A stretch of 63,987 nt of DNA, the filler included, from Aduncisulcus paluster (lineage: Eukaryota): the NCBI GenBank assembly GCA_024181965.1. It is 10 parts of 10 records of this genome, joined end to end, with 100 filler letters (N's around TTAATTAATTAA, not from the genome) between each part and the next. Parts side by side here need not be neighbours in the genome. Positions count along the whole stretch, not along the records: positions 4,102 to 12,753 come from BQXS01011384.1; positions 12,854 to 16,338 come from BQXS01011385.1; positions 16,439 to 29,454 come from BQXS01011386.1; 7 more parts are not named here. One strand, 5' to 3'. Within the stretch, counting starts at the first letter, position 1. Each line of letters opens with the position of its first letter. The notes beneath the pieces were generated by a model. It worked only from the letters and a program-made list of their open reading frames with translations. It was not told the DNA's origin and ran no database searches. Positions 9,904 to 20,090 of this stretch are shown here, one piece after another. The position numbers and the translations under genes were made by a program.

Positions 9904-12752
9904 CGAGAAGAAAGAGACAATTTGCTTTGATGGGTCGAAACGGAAGCTGAAATCGGTGCACTAGAGCTTGATAACTCTATTGACTCGGAAGAAGAGGAAC
10001 TACTCGAGGAAGTCTGGGGTATTGTATCCCTTGAGGGGATCTGACGAGAAGTCATTAAACGCTGAGGATCTTGATTATGAATGGAAATGGGAGATGAACG
10101 ATATTCATCAAAGCTTGAAGAGGTATGACCCCACGCCCTTCTATATTCACTGCTTACGATAGAATCAGATGAATCTATCCATAGCTTCCTAATTTCACTT
10201 GCTGTAGAATCTATCGAGGAATTTTCCAAGGTGTTTGGTTGTCCATACATTATATCAGTTCCATTTCTAAACAAATTTTTCATCGATTTTGGCATTGGAA
10301 ACATTTTTTGCTTTTTCTGGACAATTTCATCAATGGATGGATATTCCCACCCTTCTCCAATCTTTGGAAGAAGATGCATAATGGATTGAACTTTATCACG
10401 GGCTTCGTGGACTTTCATGCGTTCATCAACATTAAACCTTGTCAATCCTTCGAAGATTTCATTCAAACAAGAATATACGGGATTGAATTCGCCAGCTCCA
10501 ATCGTTTTAAGGGTTCCAAAAAGGGGACTTTCGGAGATTGTTGGAAATGAATTTCTTTTAAGAATCAACATAAGATTTTCGACATACTCACCAGTACTAG
10601 CAAAAAATTGAAGGGAAGGTATTTGAAGGAGCGGATTATAACCGAAAAATAGAGTGAGGATAGAAATTCCAAGAGAGTGGGCATCACTCATTTGACTATG
10701 CAACCCTCGTAGAGCTTCATAGGAGTTGTAAACAAGAGTTCCACAAAAAGAACGTTTTGCTTTTGAAGCTGTAGCCTTTTCAACATCTTTCCTAGAATCG
10801 GAAGAAGAATCAACGAAGCTCCTGGAAAACGACGACGAAGAGATGGAATCCTTGATTTGGACAAGACCCAAATCTGCGAGAACAACAGCACATTCTCCAT
10901 CTTTGGGATCAACACGGATGAGGAAATTGTCAGGTTTGATGTCTCGATGAATAAGCTTCTTCTTTGCCGTGAACACATCATCGAGACATTCAATCATGCC
11001 AACACACAGGGCAGCAACTTTCACGGGGTTCAGTGTCATGGGGTCAAACAAAGTGGGGTCTTCATCTTCATCTTTTGAGGAAGCGTCAGAATCAGATTCT
11101 TCGTCATCCTTCGCACTCACATACTTGCCATCGGCACACCAACGCTTGGCAAACTCATTCACACTGCCTCCAACACAGAATTCCATCAAGAACCCATAAA
11201 CACCCTTCATATCGGAATCAAGCAGGTCAAGGATATCCAGAGGACGTGGGATGCGGTTGAAACACTTGGGATTCAAAAACAACTTTTGTTGCATCTTGAA
11301 CTCTTTGCGACATTCACTCATAACTCTTTTGTCAGGAATCTGATTCATTTTTTTCAAAATACAATAAGGCTCGGAAAGATCGTCAACTTTAACAAGAAAA
11401 ACTTCACCATATCCTCCTCTACCCAAAATACACAACGGTTTGGGAATCGAAGGATGTGGTAAGTGTGTGGGGATATGATTAGATTTGGATCTATCGCCAA
11501 TGAAAAAAAGAGAAGTGAACAAAAAAGTCTGATATTCTTCAAATCTTTCTCCCAACACTTCAATCTCACATAAAACGATATTGCGTAGATCAATAGCAAG
11601 GAAATACCATTCATATTCATATTTAGGTTTAATGAATTTATACCTCTTGGATATTTTCTTTCCATGAGAATCAGATAAAGTTAAAAATAGAGAAAGAGAC
11701 CTCTTATCCCTCTTCAAACAAATATATGTTCCTTTAACATGGCAAGGAGAGGAAAATGGAGAGAAAATATGAGAGAATTTCGCACTAAGCTCTCCATTAA
11801 ACAGTTTCTTGGCATTTTGACTCTTATGATTCTCAGATTTCCAACTCATGGAATCATCAAATGCTTGAACATTATTAATTGAAGGGTATATGATTGAAGG
11901 ATCATCACGTGGGATGGGAATAGAGTTCCGACCAAATGATTTTTTATCACCTTCCACTATAAACTTGGCTTTTATAATTGGGGTGATTAATTTCCTTTTC
12001 ATTAGAGCATACTTAGGGTCAAAATCAATTGTTTGGTTCGGCTTTTTGAGATAGGGGAAAATATACCAATATGGAATTGACAGAAATTTCAAATCAGAGT
12101 ATAGAAAATCAAGATATTGCCCTGGGAAACAGCGATAGATGGAATAGATAATGCCATACAAAGAGAGAATAGCACCAAAACTTGACGTAATATGACCCTT
12201 CCAACCAAGTTTACATTCACATGGACTTTGATTCTGAATTGTAGTTGTTGGAATTTTTTTACACAATTTTTCATATGGATCGAACATAAAACCGTCATTA
12301 CACTCATCTAAAACTACTGAATTAAAAATAGAATCCTCTATATCAGAAATAAATTTTTGCCTTCCCTCACATGTCCTATATTTCAACTTGTTTTCATCAA
12401 TCAGAGCTTCTTTACACTCTCCAGTCGGCATGTCAAAGTAATATCCCTTCCAGCACTCAACATCCCAAAAGCCAGAATCCACTTCTCGACACACTTGATG
12501 CGACGAGAAAGAGACGGGATCGTCACACTCACACCTTTGATCAGCAGACGAGAGCAGAAGCGAAGAATCGGTGAGATGGGTGAAATGGGCAAGCAACTCA
12601 CGGCGGACATTGTCAACATCACAGATATTGTTACCACGGAGATCAAGGAATCGCAAATTGTCACGGGGGAAAATGGCCTCCGTGATGAGAACAGAGACAT
12701 CAGAGATGAAATTGTAGGAGAGATTCAATGATTCGAGACGGAAAGGTCTGGT
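9753..12752 (-). CDS. Receptor-like Ser/Thr kinase: LRR - Cys-rich - putative TM - unnamed domain - kinase; 5'-truncated
   Basis: LRRs (LESLNLSYNFISD, LRFLDLRGNNICD), Cys-rich CWKGYY and CKLGWKG, hydrophobic FGAILSLYGIIYSIY. Kinase motifs LGRGGYGEV, ILKK, MEFC, HRDIKPDN, DLG, GTLVYNSYE, SDAHSLG. Confidence 0.85.
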   Translation of the reverse strand, partial: TRPFRLESLNLSYNFISDVSVLITEAIFPRDNLRFLDLRGNNICDVDNVRRELLAHFTHLTDSSLLLSSADQRCECDDPVSFSSHQVCREVDSGFWDVECWKGYYFDMPTGECKEALIDENKLKYRTCEGRQKFISDIEDSIFNSVVLDECNDGFMFDPYEKLCKKIPTTTIQNQSPCECKLGWKGHITSSFGAILSLYGIIYSIYRCFPGQYLDFLYSDLKFLSIPYWYIFPYLKKPNQTIDFDPKYALMKRKLITPIIKAKFIVEGDKKSFGRNSIPIPRDDPSIIYPSINNVQAFDDSMSWKSENHKSQNAKKLFNGELSAKFSHIFSPFSSPCHVKGTYICLKRDKRSLSLFLTLSDSHGKKISKRYKFIKPKYEYEWYFLAIDLRNIVLCEIEVLGERFEEYQTFLFTSLFFIGDRSKSNHIPTHLPHPSIPKPLCILGRGGYGEVFLVKVDDLSEPYCILKKMNQIPDKRVMSECRKEFKMQQKLFLNPKCFNRIPRPLDILDLLDSDMKGVYGFLMEFCVGGSVNEFAKRWCADGKYVSAKDDEESDSDASSKDEDEDPTLFDPMTLNPVKVAALCVGMIECLDDVFTAKKKLIHRDIKPDNFLIRVDPKDGECAVVLADLGLVQIKDSISSSSFSRSFVDSSSDSRKDVEKATASKAKRSFCGTLVYNSYEALRGLHSQMSDAHSLGISILTLFFGYNPLLQIPSLQFFASTGEYVENLMLILKRNSFPTISESPLFGTLKTIGAGEFNPVYSCLNEIFEGLTRFNVDERMKVHEARDKVQSIMHLLPKIGEGWEYPSIDEIVQKKQKMFPMPKSMKNLFRNGTDIMYGQPNTLENSSIDSTASEIRKLWIDSSDSIVSSEYRRAWGHTSSSFDEYRSSPISIHNQDPQRLMTSRQIPSRDTIPQTSSSSSSSSESIELSSSSAPISASVSTHQSKLSLSSRHPPTPKLSLHVASNEHIFKEDASESFSSDDTESSEMKCRIAKLPDDEME

Positions 12753-12853
12753 CNNNNNNNNNNNNNNNNNNNNNNNNNNNNNNNNNNNNNNNNNNNNTTA
12801 ATTAATTAANNNNNNNNNNNNNNNNNNNNNNNNNNNNNNNNNNNNNNNNNNNN

Positions 12854-13360
12854 TATCAGTTCTCTTTCCACTTCTTTCAGGCCGATCATAATGTTTATCG
12901 CTGTCATGATGCTTCTCATCAGCATGCTCTCTGTCGATCGCAGAAGAAAAAAATGGGGAATGAAGGTCGGAAGAGAGAGGAGGAGGAGAAGAGGAACGTT
13001 CCATTCGTTTCCTTCTTCTCTCTTCAACAACTGTTTATCCTTTTTCTCCTGCCTTCTCCTTCTTATCTCTTGTTCTCTCAAAATCACCAGAGGATCAACA
13101 ATAGCTTCTTTATCTTTAGATGTAAGTGGCTCTTGTGACATTATCGACTCAGAAGAATCCCTCGCAGATTGAGCAGAAGCACGATCGATATCAGTTCTCT
13201 TTCCACTTCTTTCAGGCCGATCATAATGTTTATCGCTGTCATGATGCTTCTCATCAGCATGCTCTCTGTCGATCGCAGAAGAAAAAAATGGGGAATGAAG
13301 GTCGGAAGAGAGAGGAGGAGGAGAAGAGGAACGTTCCATTCGTTTCCTTCTTCTCTCTTC
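12854..13360. repeat. 172-nt direct repeat, 12854-13025 = 13189-13360
   Basis: Identical copies offset by 335 nt (out of frame) at the scaffold end. Confidence 0.85.
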
Positions 13361-14068
13361 TCGTTTTTGTTTAATTTGAGCTATTCTCTTCTCTCCATGC
13401 TCAATTTTTTGTTTTTGAATGGGTGAATCGGAGGAAGACTTCTTCATTTCTTTCATTTCCTCGTCCAATTCAGGAATTTGCATTATAGCCCATCTGAACG
13501 CCATTTTTTCATGCATAACCCTGGCATTATCATTTCTATTGCCACCTATAGCACATAAACGATACCAAGGGAGAGTGTCCGGACCATGGGAGGCCCTAGC
13601 TATGCTATAAACACATGATTCTGCATCCAAGAGTGGATGTCTATATCCAACATCTTGATAGACAGAGGTAAATGCTGGAACACCAAAGAAAAGTGACCGA
13701 TGCTTCACTTTGGATGAACAATTGTCTGTTCCGTTTTCAAAATCAATTAAACAAATATTTCCATCTTTTCTATTGATCATGATATTTCGGGGATGAATAT
13801 CACCATGAGAAATTCCATAACGTGCAAGTTCAGCGATATATATGAGAGTTTTGTAACAGACAGAACGAAAAAACATCGTTTTGGGAGAAGATCCGGGTTT
13901 CCAGTAATAATGTGATAAATCTGCATGAGTTGTTGCAATGTTTATATAATGCAACTCCCCATTTGAATTTGAAACAAGTTCAGGAGTAAATAAGCCCTTT
14001 TTACGGACCAAATTGGTTATTCGCTCTTCTTGTTCTGGGTTTCGTGAATATTTTGAAAACAATGACAT
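12854..14068 (-). CDS. Divergent CK1-like protein kinase without a Gly-rich loop; 3' end truncated or misassembled
   Basis: HGDIHPRN, LIDFE, GVPAFTSV...DAES...LPW resemble CK1 HRDIKPDN, LIDFG, GTARYAS...DDLES...LPW. In-frame TGA five codons upstream of the ATG at 14068. Confidence 0.65.
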
Positions 14069-14411
14069 TATGGTAGTGAATCAGCAAAATATTTGTTTTT
14101 TGACTGGAACTATTTATATAATCTTGATATTGGAAAGCAAAGGAGTTCAATTTATTTCTTGTCTTAAGATAGAAATTAAAGGAGATGAATTGTCAAATAT
14201 TTGATATATAATGTTAATTTTGAGTTGATTTCTTCGGTTTAATTATGTTGTAACGATTGATGAAAGTCGTCAATTGCAAAATGGCTTGGATCATTTCAAA
14301 GTTCGTATATTAGTTGTTTGGATAGTATTTTTCCATTCAATTTGGTATCCTATTTAAATTTGATTTCTTTTGATAATCTTCAATATATGTTATATCCCTT
14401 TTCAGATAAGA

Positions 14412-16064
14412 ATGGTGCCTCATACAAACTCTAAATCTTTCTGGAAAGAATACGTCAATCATCTTCATATTATCCGAACATTGATAACTGCTTTCAGCTA
14501 TATATTCATGTCATATTTAAATTTGATGGCTACTAGTTATGCCACCCAAGTTACTCATGATCTTCCTTCAAATTGTTCACCTTCATACGCATTATATATA
14601 AATAATAATCAGATAGAACATGACTCTAATGGGAATTCTCATGTTCAGGCCCAGAATCATATTGACTCTCTTCAATTACTTGATTTTACTATTGATTCGC
14701 CAATATATAATCCGTCGCACTATTTATCACCATTATCTCATCTAGAAGCTCCATATCCATCAAATTGCAATCCTTCCCATGGTCGATTGAATGACATAAT
14801 TATGGATGTTCTCGAAGATTTTGTTAGTATCAAGATTCCTGATTATTTGATCACAATATACGGGTTTTCCCTTGGATTATTTGCATTCTGTGACGGCCCT
14901 AATGGCTGGGTGAGAGTTCGTAGTTATTTTATAATGTATAACATGTGCTTTTTATTTCGGGGATTATTCATCCCATTGTCAGTCCTCCCTGATGTTGAAT
15001 GGCAATGTATGCAACGCCGAGATCCTGATGATAAGATTTCATCCTTTTGGAGCCCCTTAATGGTATTATTTGGCCCAGAAACATTATGTGGTGATTTGCT
15101 TTTCTCGGGTCATAGTTGTGGTCTTATTATTGGATTGTCAACAATAATAGACTTTTGGGTGCAAAGATATAAAAGATATAAGAAATATACCACATATAAG
15201 CAATTTAACAAAAAGAAGCTATTTGCCAAATCCGCCAGTGGTGGCAATCTACATTCTTCTTCTCAATTTCCAATGAATCCATTAAAGGACAAAAGAACTT
15301 CTCTCGACTATCCTTTATCTATTTCTCTATCTGAAGCTGAAATTATTGAGAATACAGGTCAAATTATTCCCATTTCATATGATATTTCACCCGATGCCAC
15401 CGTCCGAAAGAAGAAGCAAAAGAATGCGTATTCCTCCGAAGATTCTATCGATAATCCAGATCAAATTCAGACTGTTCTTCCTCTTTCTCATTATGAATCT
15501 AAAAATATGAACAATGAATTACAAGAAGTTCCAAATTTAGATGTTCCTCGCATCGTTTCACCTTCCTCAGCTTCTCTTGAATGTGATAATATTATGGTTA
15601 TCAAAGAGATAGAAAGACCCACAGATCAAACAGATCAAAAAACAAAGCCTTCCGTGCACCAAGCTTCACCATCAATAATGGACAAGATATATGATTGGTT
15701 TTCCATAGATTTACAATCCATGGAACTATTTTTAGAAGATAACTCTTCATCTCCACTGACCACTCGAGGATATGCCCTCTCATCTCGAAGAAAGCATCCA
15801 GTGTTATCTTGGCTATTGATATTTCCCTTCCAACTTATTCGTCTATCTCTCCAGATCTTTTTATCCATTGCCCTCGCTTGCCTCGCTTTCTATACCATGT
15901 TTACTCTGGCGCAATCACGATTACATTATTCGATTGATATTATTCTTGGGATTTCGGTCTCTTCCTTATGTTGCACCATTTATTTCTTGAAAAGGAACAA
16001 AGTGAGAAGAAGAGGGGCATCAAACTTATTTGAAAGAGTCGTGCAATATTGTGAAGATAGTTAG
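14412..16064 (+). CDS. Sphingomyelin synthase / IPC synthase family (PAP2_C) phosphotransferase
   Basis: FRGLFIPLSVLP, catalytic motifs CGDLLFSGHS and SRLHYSIDIILG, several TM segments. First ATG at 14412. Confidence 0.85.
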   Translation: MVPHTNSKSFWKEYVNHLHIIRTLITAFSYIFMSYLNLMATSYATQVTHDLPSNCSPSYALYINNNQIEHDSNGNSHVQAQNHIDSLQLLDFTIDSPIYNPSHYLSPLSHLEAPYPSNCNPSHGRLNDIIMDVLEDFVSIKIPDYLITIYGFSLGLFAFCDGPNGWVRVRSYFIMYNMCFLFRGLFIPLSVLPDVEWQCMQRRDPDDKISSFWSPLMVLFGPETLCGDLLFSGHSCGLIIGLSTIIDFWVQRYKRYKKYTTYKQFNKKKLFAKSASGGNLHSSSQFPMNPLKDKRTSLDYPLSISLSEAEIIENTGQIIPISYDISPDATVRKKKQKNAYSSEDSIDNPDQIQTVLPLSHYESKNMNNELQEVPNLDVPRIVSPSSASLECDNIMVIKEIERPTDQTDQKTKPSVHQASPSIMDKIYDWFSIDLQSMELFLEDNSSSPLTTRGYALSSRRKHPVLSWLLIFPFQLIRLSLQIFLSIALACLAFYTMFTLAQSRLHYSIDIILGISVSSLCCTIYFLKRNKVRRRGASNLFERVVQYCEDS

Positions 16065-16438
16065 CTTGCAATGGATTTGCATTGAGAGAACCATCATGCT
16101 TGTCCAAAGAAGAGGAGGAGGAGGGTGGGAGAGATCACGAATCATCTCGTGTTGGGGATCCTTCTCGTGAGAGGAAGTACACAACACTCGGGAGAATAAA
16201 GACATAAAGTCATCTCGACAATGCATCCCGTAGGTCTCGTTTTTCACTTACACTGCATTGGATGAACACTCAGTGTGACAGGCTGTCCGATGAACAACAA
16301 TAAATATCAAATAGTATTCCATGAGAGTCTCATGAGAGNNNNNNNNNNNNNNNNNNNNNNNNNNNNNNNNNNNNNNNNNNNNTTAATTAATTAANNNNNN
16401 NNNNNNNNNNNNNNNNNNNNNNNNNNNNNNNNNNNNNN

Positions 16439-19400
16439 TAACAAGACACTACATTGGACCCTATTGATGGAAGAGAGGAAGAAGAGAGAGAGAGAACATG
16501 AGACATAATAGGAGAAAAGGATGAGAGCAAATACGATGAAAAGTGAAGAGAGGAGGGGGAAGAATCTGTAATAGGATGGGAAACCGGTTGAGGAGTGATC
16601 TCATCTTTTTTCTCACAATTACTATTTATAGAATCCTTAATATCAAAAACATCTTGTTGCTTACCTCGTTCTTGTGATTCATTGCCAGCCTTAGAATCCA
16701 TATCAGGTAAAACCGTCTTTTTCTTTTTGAGTGATAACCTTTTCCCCTTCTTTATCCCTCCACAAGGAATTATTGATGGATTTGAGAGATGAGAAATGAT
16801 TTCGCCCTCTCTAATTCCCCTCATCTTCAAGAGTTTTGAATATTGGGGGTGATGTAAGATATATAATGGATAACATCGGTCATAGAGCAATTGTAAAGAA
16901 TAAGAATGGACAAATGCGTGCGATGACCGGTTCAATACATTTCGATTGGCCCACAGAACACACAATAATCGGTACCAACATCGAGATGATGGCATGAGAG
17001 AACATTGGAGAGAGTATAGATAATTTCCGTCATATCTCGATACTTCTGAAGCATTTGACGATATTGTGAAATCAGATTCACCAGTGAAGAGTAGGGAATC
17101 TTTTCTTTCTTCAACATCTCGATGGTCATTTTCTGTTAGAAGTTCAAATCTTATAATGTCATTATCTCTCCTCTTGCTTTCATTCCGGAGTTTAAATAGC
17201 CATTGATGCCAAATATAGACTTCTTTCTCACGCTCCAACCATCGATCAAGGCGATCTTTCATCTTTTCATGAACGGATTTTGTTTGTTCATATTCAAAAT
17301 AAAGACGTTGTAAAGATGATGATAAAGAAGAAATATGCGAAACTGAAGACACAAGGGAGTCAGACAAAGCAGATAAAGACTTGGAGATTGCGGTCTTAAG
17401 AACTTCAGAAGGAGTTCGTTTTGAATGACATCCACTCGATTTAAGCATTGAATTTTTCCCTTTCTTTTTCAATTCCTTCGATCTGAGACTCTTTTTCTTC
17501 TTTCCACCGGTGCTCAAAGAGATATCTTTCGCTTTTGAATTTCGAGGGGTTGATACAGCCCGTGATTTACAATCAAATGGCTCATTAGAGTCCTGTTCCT
17601 TGGTAACAGTAGTGGGATCAGATGAGGTGTTTGTTTGAGAGATGGAACTGATCGAGTGCGACCTCGGAGTATGCACTGAAGAACTCTCAACAAAATCATC
17701 TGGTCCATGACAAATATCCAATTCTTCTCTCATCATATCCATTATTCGAGTGACTTTTCCTGCCCAAAATCGTTGTTCAGTATCAATTTCTGAATAACTA
17801 GATTGGGCTTTATCCTTATCTTTTGTAAGAGTTGAGAGGAACTCAGACAGATTATGGGAATTTAATTGTTCAGATTCTATCAGTAGTTTCAGAGTAAACG
17901 TAGCATTGGAAAACATAGAATATAAATGAAACATTCGAATAGATAATGGGATTGAGAAATTATCCAGATCTATGATATTATGTCCCGATGGAATGTCAGA
18001 AATGGACGGATCGCTTTGTTGATCAACATGAGATCCTGAATCTCGCATTGATATTTCACCAGAAGATGAGGATTGGAGTGATGAATGAACATATAACTCA
18101 GGGAATCTGGAAGGTACATGAATGGGGAAAGACATCCTCGAAGTCTTGTCGATGTTTGAGTATTTGGTGCCGTCATAGGATATATTTTTGAAATAATTAA
18201 GATAATTGTCGTTATCTCTCCATTCTTTTCCATTCCAAACCCCATATCTCTCAGAAGAAACCCCCCACTTAGCCTCACAAACACCACACACGGGTCGATC
18301 ACAATCAACACAAAAAGACTCAAGGGAAAGGGATGAAAGAGAAGAGAAAATAAGAGAAAAAAGAGAAGGGAAAGGACATTCTTCAGATATACGTGGAAAA
18401 AGAACATCTTTTGACTTTGATTCAGTTGATATTGGCTCGTAATCCGAATATTCATGAGAAAGATTTGAAGATAGAGAGGGGGGGAGAATGCGTGTAATAG
18501 GGTGAACATAAAGAAACAAGTCAGAATCTGAACTGAAACGTTGAGTTTTATCACTGGATAATGACACAAATTCACTCTCCGGCTTATTTGGATGTTGACT
18601 CATGGGAAGTCGTATCCCATGAATCGATTGCTTGGTTAAAGAAGACATTTTCGATTTCGATAAATGAGATTCAACTTGTTGAAGAATTTTTTCATGTACG
18701 ATTTGGCATCCTTGTCTCTTTTCCCATAATAATGTGATGATCATAATGCGTTCTGAGTAAGTATCGAGGAGGTGAGAAAAATGGGTCGACGGGAGGGATT
18801 CAACACAAGATAAGAGAGACGCTTCGCGGAATGGGATGTGAGAGGAAGGGAGAGGAGGTGGAGATGGAAAAGGAGGAAATTCTCTATGAAGAGAATCTAT
18901 AGACTTAGCCTTGGGAGAAGACAAACCAAATACAGAATCGTCATGGTACAATGAATTCTCTTTGGCCCGTTGAGATGATGAAGAATGCTGTGAGATCATT
19001 GGTAAAATGATGGGAGAATTATGTTGTTCTGAACGACTGTGGAAAGATCGATGCATGAATTGAACTCCACGCTGGACTTTCCTCTTCTTTTCATGGCGTT
19101 TTTTCCTCTTAAATTCATTCATGATTTGCAAATATTTCTTTTTTGATTTCGGTTTCGGTATGTTATGAATGTTAAAAAAATAATCATGATGAATTGGACA
19201 GAGAATAGGATCTGGAGAGAACAAATATTTAAAAGAAGAATCGTCCATACAAGAAGAGGAGGTAATATGCTTTTCATCAATCGGATTTGACAGTTCTTTC
19301 TCACATTCAACACCATGAACTGAAATAGGCTCGTGATGGTGTTTTGAGAAAATAAAATACGAGGGATTTAATAATTTTTCACCGGTACTATTATCATGTA

Positions 19401-19896
19401 TCCTCAAGATGTGATCTGGCATCTTTAATCTGGAATATGACACCACAACCTCGCGAATATGAGAGATGGCAGAAATTTCAGCATCAAGAATTCGTCCCCG
19501 TGTAATGGTTTTGGCATAAGATAAATCATGCATAAATGGCATATAATATAATTTTGGCAAATGATTAATAGTTGAAGGGCAGCGAGTTCTATCTTGATCA
19601 GTTTCAACACTTAATGGCGAATCATGGGGGGTAATTTCATTTTTAACTTCTTTATGTATACTTATCGGGCCTTTATGATCAAGATTCAGTGGAGGAAGAC
19701 GAGAGGAGGGGTTGCATTGTTTTCTTCCAGATCGTTGGGTAAAATGAGTTGGAACTGGGATAGATAAACCAATTGGTGGCTGGGGTATATTAAGTTCAAA
19801 ATCTGGAATCTCAAATCGTAATTCTGTACTCAATAGGGTACATCTAGGTACAAAAGCCTCTAAATATATAGTAAGATCCTCAAGTTTAATATTCAT
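16439..19896 (-). CDS. Hypothetical protein with dispersed B-box-like zinc-finger motifs and a coiled coil; 3' end at scaffold edge
   Basis: Long open frame with CPIHH, FCVDCDRPVCGVC and GHNIIDL motifs followed by heptad-rich segments. Confidence 0.7.
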
Positions 19897-20090
19897 GTAT
19901 TTCTATTAACGTCTTTATCAATAAAAACTTATTCTAGTCCCCTCATCACACAAAAAAAGCCCCCCGTGACTGAAACTTTCAGTGAGTCGCTTCAAGCGAC
20001 TTTAATAAAGTTTTATTCTGGCAGAATGCTCTCTTTGCTTTGTATAACTAAGTAATTATTAATATTTAGATATCAAAAGGATGTCTTTGT

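Noticed and set aside
12854-13360. Out-of-frame 172-nt repeat as dual-coding sequence
   Set aside because: Identical copy at a scaffold end, joined through a CT/GA-rich microrepeat. Most likely a misassembly.
16026-16338. Short minus-strand ORFs at the scaffold end
   Set aside because: All frames are interrupted by stops and no product is recognisable.
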